Notes under the pieces: generated by a model
Told to the model about the DNA's origin: nothing
The model's database searches: none
Seen by the model: the letters and a program-made list of their open reading frames with translations, nothing else
From: Thecamonas trahens ATCC 50062
Lineage: Eukaryota > Protista > Apusomonadida
DNA: 63,973 nt
NCBI RefSeq assembly: GCF_000142905.1
Contig: NW_013657655.1
Coordinates: 124,001 to 187,973 of the forward strand
Direction: 5' to 3'
Shown: piece after piece, positions 54,701 through 63,973 of the stretch
How the letters are laid out: the number at the start of each line of letters is the position of its first letter
How positions within the stretch are numbered: position 1 is the first letter of the stretch
Position numbers and translations under genes: made by a program

Positions 54701-57700
54701 CTTTCGGGCGCTGTGTCGAGCGCGTCCTCCGACGCCGCACCGGGATCGTTGGCCTTTGGCACCCCTGCAGACGTGCTCGGGCTCAACGCGCTATGTGTTG
54801 ATCTTGTGGCACAGGCCGAGGACTTTGACAGCCACGCGCAGGAGCTTGAGCGCGCGCTCCCCAACCCTGCACTGCTGCAGGTGGTGTACCAGGCGCGCGC
54901 GTCGTTCATGTCGGCGTTTGTGGCGGTCGCTACTGGGCTTGACCAACTGCGACGCGAGGTCGGCGAGGGCTCGGCGTCGGCGGCGCCGATTGTGACTGTG
55001 GTCTCGCCGCGCGACGGCTCTCCGGTTGCTTCGCTAACTCGAAACCTGTACGAGCTCCAACTCGCCCGCGACCGGCTTTTGCTCAGCCTCTCCGACGTCT
55101 ACCGACCGGTCCTTGACACTGGCTTCTCGCTTGCCGACGCCGAGCTCACCGACTCGCTGACGTTGCTGCGGCAGGCGCTTGCGCCGATGCTCCCGGTCTC
55201 GATGTCTGGCGGTGGCAAGCCGAGCAGAGCTGCGGCCAGTCAGGGCGACCAGGGGCAGAGCGGCGAGTCGACAGAGTCGGCGGTATCGCTAGCGCGGCCG
55301 ACGTTTGTGGCGGTGGCACGGCTTCGTGGCGTGACCCGCAACCTGCAGTCGACAACCAACGACGAGGTCATTGTGGGCCAGCTCGACGCCGGACGGCGCG
55401 AGCTCGAGTTCTCGACCGACACACTTGGTGGGGTTCTGGAGCGGACTCCTGCGCCGCCGCTCACTGGTGTCGACGCGTCGACCATTCTGAGCGACCGCGA
55501 TCAGCGCGACGTGACGGCTGCCCTCGACGGGGTGGCTGCAGCGCGGGTGGCGCTCTTTGCCATCGGTTTCAAGGTCGAGGCGTCGTATCTGGCGGCCGAA
55601 GCCGAGGCGCGGGCCAAGTCGCTTCAGAGTGCACTCGCTGCTGCTACCGACGTCTCGCTCACGGATGTGGAGGCGTTTGTGGTGGCCGAGCAGTCAGTGG
55701 AGGAGGCGAACGAGCTGTTCTCCGACGCACTGCAGAGCCTTGCCCATCGGCGGACCGACTCGAGCATGCGCGAGGTGCTGGCTGCGGCTGAGCTTGTTGA
55801 CGACGGCGTTGCCGAGCTCCACGAGCTGAGAGTGAGATACTGCAACGACCCGGTGCTTGGCGAGCACGAGCTGAGCGAGCCACTGCGACAGCTGCTGGTA
55901 CGGATCGAGGGCGATGTCGAGCTGCTGCTGAGCAAGGTGGTGGCGTACAACGACGAGGCGCTGCGGCAGCTGGCGGAGCTGCTGGAGGCGACATCGGGCC
56001 AATCCGTCTCGCTCAACGCTTCGTTTGCGCGGGCCAACTTTGCAGATGTGCGCAAGACGGTGGCACTTTCGCAGGACTTGTTGCGAACCATCAAGGTGTT
56101 GGAGAGCATGCTGCAGTCTGCGCTGTCGTCGCTCGCGCTCCCTGCGCTACGGGATGTGCTGAACGGGCTTGCCAACGAGGTCGCCTTTACCAAGGCCTCG
56201 ATCAACCAAGGGGTGGCGGCGTACGAAGCCAACCCGACCGACTCGGGGGCACGGGCGACGCTGCGTGCGGCGCAGGCCTCGCTCTCGGGTATCCGGCGGT
56301 CAGTGCTGGAGGTGACCGCTGTAGCCGCGGTTTTGGTTGACCTGACTCGTGAGACCGGGACGGCGTCCAAGCTGGCATCGTCGTTGGACTCTGCGCCGCG
56401 GCGCAAGTTCTTCTCGGCAGTTGTTGGGGTGGGCAAGGTCTCTGTCGACCACATCGAGATCGCGGGCATCATGGGCTTTTCGTCAAAGCGGCTGGCGTTG
56501 GCGTCACCGACGCTGCGTGCGTCCTCGGGTGCGTCACCGCGTTCTGTGGTCAAGACGACCGCGTCAGCCATTTCGCGGCTGCGAAGCACGGCCCGTGGCG
56601 TGGCCAAGTCGGACACGTACTCGGCTGAGGACCAGGACCTTGTCGAGGCGGCTAAAGCGCTGTCGTCGGCCATGCGTGGGCTCACAGGTGCATACAAGGC
56701 CTTCACTACTGCTGTGGATGCCAAGTACAACGGGCCCACCACCGGACGGCCTGCGACGACCAGCCGCTCCGGCGAGACTGCTGCCGCCGGTTCGGGTGAC
56801 GAGCAGGTGACAGATGCGCTTACGATGTCGACACAGAAGCTCATTGATGCCGGGCTGGCAATGGTCGAGGCAATGAGCGGCGTGACGGCGATGCACGCCG
56901 GTGACTCGGCGGGCTCGGCCACGATTGCGGCGCTGATGGTGTCGCAGCAGCCAGTACTGGCGCCCAAGGCGGCCGAGACGCGGACGCTTCTGGAGCGGGT
57001 GGTGGTGCATGTCCGCAAATGTGCAGAGCTTGCGAAGCGGCTGCGGAAGAGCAACCAGGTCGAGTCGTTCAAGGCGTGGGCCGCAGTGGCGATGGATGCC
57101 GGCGGCGATCTTGCGGGGTGCTGACGAGGTTGCCGGCAGGTACAACCTCAAGTTTTTCAGGGAGTACGGGAGCAAGTGTGCTAGCGGACTCCGTGAGGCT
57201 GCCAGCAACCTGGAGGGTGTACTGGCGTCGTCTGGCAAACCGCCGCTCATCGGCGGAGTGGTGAAGCGGCTCCTGAACGCGCTGGGCGCACTGGGCGCGG
57301 CTGCTGTTGATGCGCACTACTTTGTGGCGCAAGCCGGTGTGGTGGTCGACATGGCGCATCTGGGCGTTGTGGCATCGTCGTCTCGGTACCTTGAGGGTGT
57401 GTCGCAAGCACGGTCGGCGCTGTTTGAGGGAGTGGCCACCGCGGCAAAGAAAACGGCGTCGACGGTGATGCTTGCACCGTCGTCAACGGTGACGGCAGCC
57501 GAGGCCAAGTCGCTGGGTGCCGACGTTGCGCGAGCACGATCGCAGCTGTCGCTGGCAATGCGGACGCTGACAAGGATCCTGACGTCGGCAAATGAGCGGG
57601 CGAGTGTCGAGGCGCATGCGTCGCGGGCATCGGCGGGCCTGCGTGACCTTGCCAACGAGGCTGTCAAGCACGGCAACAACCTCCGCACGCTCCGAGCCCT

Positions 57701-60700
57701 ACCGTTTGGCAACTTGCCGGCATCATTGGAAGCGGATGCGTCGCCGCTGGCGGTGGGCCTTGCCGAGAATGAGTCTGCCCTCGGTGAAGCATCGCGGCGT
57801 GCGACAGCCGAGGTAACGCGGCTGCTGCAGGACCAGCGCGAGGTGGTGCAGCGTGCGGCGAACGAGGGCGTGCATTCGATTGACGGGCGAAGCGGCGCAC
57901 TTGACGAGGGCCTCTCGCCGCGAACCGCGCTGGGTGCGGCATTTGCCGAAATGAGGTCTGCTGGCGGGTCAAACGACATGTCGTCGCTGGCCGAGCTGCT
58001 GTACGAGGGTCTTGTGGAGGGCGAGATGGAGCTGAGCGAGGCGTTGGAGCGGATGAGCGACTTTGACAACATGCATGCGGTGGCACTTGCAGGCGTTGAC
58101 GCGATGGACGCCACAAGCTCGGTGCTCAACGTCATGCGGCGGCTGGTGCTCTTTGCCTTTGATCCGATGGTGCTCGACGACCTCGGCGATGCACAGAGCT
58201 CGCTCGACACTGCGTTTGCAGCGTTTTCGAGTTCGCTTGCAGCTGTTCGCGAGTCGCCAAACGACCGATCACTCATTCCAAAGCTTCGGCGGACGATGAA
58301 CGGGTTGGCCGACGCCAAGGACGTCGTGATGATGGTGGCGTCGCTGCCGGCCAACATTGCCGACATTGTGCGCGGATCTGCTCTCGCGTCGGCGCTAGCG
58401 GGCGGGGCGCTCTTGACCGAGGCAAAGCGGTCGGTGTTTGTCACGCTTGCGGAGCTGGCCAATGGCATATCGCATCTGCTGCGGTCGCTGGACGCGCCGA
58501 ACGAGCGGTTCACAAACCGGGCACGGCGGCTTCTTGCGCTCAACGACAACCTGCTGGTGCGGGTCCAAGCAGTGGACGCCGAGGAGCACGCGTTGCTCGA
58601 GGCACGGCGAAAGCGGCGCGAACACGCGCTACAGGTGGCGGCGGACGCCGGGTTTGACAAAGACTTGTCGGGCGTGACGGCCCACGCAAGCGCTGGCGAG
58701 TTGATGAGCGAGTCAATGGTGGAAATGGCCGCGGCCGAGCTAGGGACCGACGAGGCGAGCGGTCATCGGCTGCTTGCCCCGCTGATTGTTTCGGTGTTTG
58801 AACACGCACGGGCTGTGGTGGTCGAGGCGCAGGCGGCGCAGGCGGCATCGAGCGATGCGGACGACGCGTTTGATGTGCTCAACCAGCACGGGTACAACTT
58901 TACTCGTGCGATTCGGACGATGGCGTCATTGACGACAGCCACAGGACCGACAGCTGGCTCGGATGCTGAGTCGCGGACGATGGCGCGAGCGCTGGCGGAT
59001 GCGTACCGGCGGATCGAGGCGGCACTCCCGCGGCTTCGCGCCGACGGCAAGGCAACGACTGAGACCAAGACTGCGGCGTACGACTGTCTGGATGCGCTTC
59101 GGAGCGTGCGGCACATTGTTGGTGAGCTCACCGAGTCGACGGAGAACGGGGTGTTGGCAACACGGTTGGCTGGCTCACTCGGGGACATTGACTCGGCGAC
59201 GCGACAAGTTGAGCTTGCGGTGAAGAATGCACAGTATGCGCCATCGTCGCGTAAGGTTCACTCGCTGCTGGATCTTGCGGCCGACGCTGCATGCGATGCA
59301 GCTGATGCGGCGATTCCGCTGGGTGTTTGCGCCGCGGCGCACGCCGAGATGGAGCTAGCCATTCTCTCTCTGACCGAGGCGGCGTCGGCGGCGACGTCGC
59401 GGCCGCTGGCAGGCTTCCTCGAGGAGGTTCGCGCGCTGGCCAAGTGCGGCGCAGGCCTGATGGTGTCGGCGACGAGCGGAATCGAAGGCACGCTTGGCAA
59501 CGAGCTGCGGCGGCTGGATGAGGGCTTGGCACGGCTGGACGAGTATCAAGTGGCGCTTGAGCGCGATCGTGTAGCTCGGCAAGAGGCCGAACAGGCGTCT
59601 GCGCTCTCGCGGCATGTGCATGCCGCTGTGGGTGAGCTCATTCGCGTGGCCCATGGGGTAGTCGCGGCGCCACGAGAGTTGGATGTGGCGCTTGCGCTGG
59701 AGAGCCAGGTGGTGCGGTTTGTGGGCGAGGTTGACTCTGTGGTGCACGTGACGTCGGAATGGGACGACGCGGCGGGCTCCCGGTCTGTGGTGGGTGTGGG
59801 TGTGGGTGGCGGCGGGCGGCATGCGGCGGTGCCGGGCTCGCGGATCAACACAGGCGGACAGGCGAGCGGGCGTGACGGCGGTGACGACGATGATTTCGAG
59901 GTGCTCGCGTGGCCGGACGAGGTCGCCAAGGAGCTCTCGGATCTGCTGGACGACCTCGAGGTCGGGTGTGAGCAGATCTTGCACGGAGTCCGCAGCCGGC
60001 AGCCTGCAAGGGCGCGGGCTGGGTGCGGAGGCGTGGAGGAGACCGGAACAGAGCTGGAGTCACTTCTGCACTCGATGGAGGAGCTGGCTGACGACATTGT
60101 GGTCAAGGACCGGCTGTTTATGGCGCGCAAACGAACGGCGGACGGGCTTGACCGGCTGGCACTTGCGCGCAAGTACTATGCGCAGCAGGTGGATAGCCAG
60201 TCGCGGCGGCGGCTGTTTGACGCAGCCAAGTCGATGCTGCTTGCGCGGCGGTACGCGCTAGAGGCGACGTCGCGCAAGCCGCGGCTCCGGCTGCCAGCAA
60301 AGTACAACGTGGGACGACAGGACGGACGGGCAGGACGGTCGTCTCGGAAACGTCGGCGACTTCCGGCCCCGCCTCGGTCAGTTGGCCCGACAGCGAGTGC
60401 TGGGCTGCGTCCGTACTCGCCGTGGGAGTCCTCGCGTGAACAGTCGCGAGCGCGGAGGACGAGCCCTCGGCGGGTGCGACAGCCTGCGCAACTCGGGGAG
60501 AGCGAGGCTGTACGCGAGGCGCGCGAGACACTCGAGAAGTACGAGCAGCGCATCAAGGAGGAGCGCGCGGCTGCGCGTGCGACAAGGAAACGGCTACGGG
60601 AGAGCCGGGCGACCGGTGTGTGCAGTAGTGAGAGCGAGAGCGGCAGCAGCGACGTGTACGTGCAGCACAACGGCGAGCAGGACCGGGTTGGACGAAGCGT

Positions 60701-61725
60701 TGGTCGCGAGCGGCAGCGGCAGGGTACCGGCCGGCGACGCGGCGAGCGGCGGGTCTCCTGGCAGCGCGGGCAGCCGAAGAGTGGCCGTGGCAAGCTGCTG
60801 GCAGATCTGGAAGCGCTGCCGCCGATTGCGCAGCGACCCGAGGGCCCGGGAGCGCTTGATGAGTCAACTGGGCTGCGCAGTCTGCGGATGGCGTCAGTTT
60901 CTGTGGGCACGCTACACAAGCTGAAGGACTTTAGGGATGTGTTTACCGAGGTGACGACGGAGTTGTTCCTCGGCGGAGTCGGGTGCGCACAGGATGAAGA
61001 GCTGCTCCGCAAACACTCGATCAGCCACATTATCAACGTGGCCGGAGGGGTGGCGCCCAACTTTTCCCGGACCAGTTTGTGTACAAGCGAATTTCGCTGC
61101 AGAACACGCCGTCGGAAGACATCTACTCGCTGCTGTACGACGTGGTGGAATTTATCCAGGACGCAGTGGAGAGCGGCGGGCGAGTGTTTGTGCACTGCAT
61201 GCAGGGCTCGTCGCGATCGGCATCGCTGGTGCTGGCGTACCTGATGTGGCGCGACGCACTGTCGTACGACGACGCATATCGGTATGTGCGTTATCTGCGG
61301 GCAGTGTGCTCGCCGAATCCCGGGTTCGAGGCGCAGCTGCGCGAGTGGGCGAACCACATGCTGATGGGCGGCGAGCGCGGTGGGGTGCAGCTTGCGGCGC
61401 ACGAGCGCAACCGACTGTACTCGATCATGCCACACAACCGAACGACCGGAGTGTGATTGTGGGCAAGGTGGTGAAGCACGAGCTGATGCGGTCGTCGATG
61501 GGGCCGCGCAACTGCTTTGTCCTTGTGGCACCCGAGGCCGGCGTGGTGTTCCTCTGGCTCGGACTGCGCGTACCGGACCGGTACGTCCGCAAGGCGCACC
61601 ATGTTGTGGCGCAGCTGCAACACTACGAGGGCGCGCCGGCTCGAGTCGTCGAGGTCGAGCAGGGCGATGAGAGTCCAGAGTTCTGGGAGGCTTTGATGGC
61701 GAACCAAGAGTCGTATGCTGTGTAA
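51789..61725 (+). CDS. Giant (~3,300 aa) polytopic membrane protein with talin/vinculin-like helical bundles, dual-specificity phosphatase and gelsolin-like domain
   Basis: Five consecutive overlapping ORFs (51480-52985, 52937-57124, 57009-61244, 61079-61456, 60994-61725) join at frameshifts near 52870, 57116, 61063 and 61439. About 9 TM helices, Ala/Leu-rich amphipathic helices, HCMQGSSRS, VFLWLG...VEQGDESPEFWEAL. Confidence 0.75.
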
Positions 61726-61815
61726 ATGCAAGCTATAGTCGCAGTGACGCGATTGGCGGCGGTGGTTTGACCGCTGATCGATGATCGCCGTTTGCGGCGG
61801 CGAGGAGATGGTGAG

Positions 61816-63053
61816 TTACAGCTCGAGCTCGATGCCCGAGCCCGAGGTGGGCGACGTGACGGCGAGCGAAGTGTCGAGAGTGGTGAGGGTGTGGTCGCGA
61901 ATCTCTGTCCAGGAACGGATGCGGTTGAGCTCGAGGCGAAGAGTGGCGACCTCTTGGTTGACAGCGACCGACTCTTGGAGGGTCTTTTCGAGGCGGGCGT
62001 TGAGCAGGGCTTCCTCCTTGCGCAGATTTGCTAGATGCTTGCCCTGGTGTGCGTCGCGGGCCTTTGCGATGGCGTTGCGTGTTGCGGCGCGGAGGGCGTC
62101 AGCTTCGCGGGTGTACTGGTCGTCAAACGACTTTGTGATCTCCTGCGAGCGCTTGAGGCAGCGAGCCTCGACCTTTGCCAGCTCTGCGGCGGTGCGGGCG
62201 TTGCGGGCCTTTTTCTGCGAGAGGCCACGGGCGAGCTGGCGCTTTGCAAGGGCAAGCTCGTGGAGGGTGGCGTTGAGCGAGTCGCGCTCCTTAGCCAGCT
62301 TTGTCAGCGAGCGCTCGATGGCAGCCGAAGTCAGGTGCAGTTCCTTGTTTTTGGCACGTACCGAGGTGAGCCGGCGCTTGGAGAGCGAGGTCTGGTGGGC
62401 AATGACCTTTGCGCGCGGCGAGAGGCGGTTGATGGGCCGCGAGTTTGTCTTGGCGGCCGACTGGGCAGCGAGCGCCGAGGCGCCAGCAGTGGACATCCGA
62501 GTCGGCGCCACAATGCGCCACACCTCATCGTCCTTGCCTGTCTGTTCAGCACGGAGCTCCTTGAGCTCTGCACGCAGCGCTTGGTTCTCGGCGAGGATGA
62601 CCCGCAGCTTTGCCCGCACCGCCTTGTCTTTCTCGCGCACCGTGTCGAGGCGGGTGTTTTTGGCCTGCACCGCTGACGCCACAGGCAGCTCCGAGAGCGA
62701 GAAGGTCGACGTGTTCATCCTCCGATGGGCAGCATCGCGGACAGAGGTCATCGACATCGAGTGGGTCAGCTCTGCCGCAGTCGAGCCCGTCACTGCCGCC
62801 ACGTACTCGAGCAGCCGCGCGGTCTCTGCCCGCTTGCGTTCGGCCTCGGTGTCAGCCTCGCGCTTCCGTTTGCGGGCAATGTATGCTCTATGGCAGTGGA
62901 TGGGTGAGTGTGTGTGTGGGGGAGGGTGGTGGTGGTGGTGTGTGTGTGTGTGTGGGGGGGAGGGTGTGTCGGGAGGTGTGTGTCGGGAGGTGTGTGTCGG
63001 GAGGTGTGGGAGGTGTGGTGCGGTCGGTCGACGGTTGGTCGTTTGGTTGACAT
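61816..63053 (-). CDS. Hypothetical coiled-coil protein; probable intron 62888-63021
   Basis: Long heptad-rich ORF (LAENQALRAELKEL, LAKERDSLNATLHEL, VNQEVATLRLELNRI); 5' exon is tentative. Confidence 0.6.
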
Positions 63054-63089
63054 GGGTCGTTCGCTTGGATGCGGCAGGAGTGGCACAGG

Positions 63090-63915
63090 TCACGGATCCG
63101 AGCCGGAGAGGATGTAGGTCATGTAGACATCGTCGCGGATGGCGTGGATGACGGCGGCTGAAGAGCGGAGGAGACAGATGATGGCGTGGTCGGGGGCAAT
63201 CTGCATGCAGTGCAGGAAGCGGGCAAGGTGGCCGATGTTGAGCTTGAGGGCGACAGAGGTATCGTGCGGGAGGTCGGCGGGATCCTGCGAGCTGCCCTCA
63301 ACCGCATCAGCTGGAAGGGGGAGCTCGAGCGAGGAGTAGTCAGTCGAGACGGTGACCATGTCTGTGCGGATCTGCAGCGAGAGCGAGTTGCCGTCGGGGA
63401 GGTTGTCCCGGTGACGACGACGTCGGTCGAGAGATGGCGCATGCGGTCGAGCACGTTTTTGATGTGGGCAAGGCTCGGTAGCATGAGCGCAACATCAGCC
63501 TCCGCCAGCTGCGGCTCGGCATGGTCGGCGAGGCGGGCAAGCGGCAGGATCTCGACAGGCACGTCCTGGGTGACGTTGAGCATGTTGCCGGCGCCGACCA
63601 CCATGCCGCGGCACACGAGCGAGAGATGCGGCTCGCCGCCGCGCTTGGTCAGCTTGATGACAAGCGAGCTTGCGGTCATGCCTGTCTTGAGCGCACGTAC
63701 AAGGTCCGTCAGCGACAGGTGCATGCCGATGGTGTTGTTGGAGAGCGACTCGAGGCGGAAGGTCTCGCCAAACACCGCGTTTGTCTGCACGCCCGACCAC
63801 ACGGCAATGCCCTCGCTGCCTGCCGCACTCTCCGGCTTGGCCGAGACCAGCACCCGCTCCGGGGTCAACTGGACAATCCCGGTTCCATGCGTCCGCTCCA
63901 CCGCCGTCAGAAGCT
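63090..63915 (-). CDS. HUS1: Checkpoint clamp (9-1-1) subunit HUS1; 5' exon outside window
   Basis: VWSGVQTNAVFG.TFRLES..NNTIGMHLSL.DLVRALK, IKLTKR..EPHL, VTQDVPV, LPSLAHIKNVLDRMRHLS, MTYIL. Frameshift in the run at 63396-63399; acceptor at 63916. Confidence 0.9.
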
Positions 63916-63973
63916 CTGTGTCGAGGCCGAGGAAAGAGTGTGAGCGTGGGGAGGGGAGGGGAAAGGGGAAGGT

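Overview
GC-rich, gene-dense eukaryotic (protist) nuclear DNA. The style (few introns, clustered at gene 5' ends and filled with (GT)n/(CA)n and G/C homopolymers) resembles apusomonads such as Thecamonas, but that attribution is inference. I read about 26 protein-coding genes, mostly in alternating head-to-head and tail-to-tail pairs: a CH+SH3 protein, a Zn-knuckle orphan, a dual-acylated orphan, FNTA, a CRP-type LIM protein, Misato, an AIFM2-like oxidoreductase, a UIM+PARP-like ART, a YtcJ-type amidohydrolase, a FabZ-like dehydratase, an SPT small subunit, PhLP3/TXNDC9, FHIP/FAM160, an OTUD5-like DUB, a PH-AGC kinase, a NEK kinase, NSE2, a small single-pass membrane protein, UTP20, a myosin with two CAP-Gly domains, Nup58, a 2xLIM-5xSH3 adaptor, an ankyrin protein, a giant multidomain membrane protein, a coiled-coil orphan and HUS1. 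About a dozen small frameshifts, mostly in homopolymers and including essential genes, look like assembly errors and fragment the supplied ORF track. Three observations stand out. (1) A ~3,300-aa protein joins a polytopic TRP/Pkd2-FLC-like membrane domain, ~2,300 aa of talin/vinculin-like helical bundles and an MKP1-type dual-specificity phosphatase plus gelsolin module, making it a candidate one-chain mechanotransducer. (2) A myosin carries tandem microtubule-binding CAP-Gly domains. (3) Introns share ACT(C/A)AC branch-like sites up to ~300 nt upstream of the acceptor, have long AG-free zones, often lack a polypyrimidine tract, and include start-codon micro-exons. All domain calls are by eye from motifs; no searches were run.
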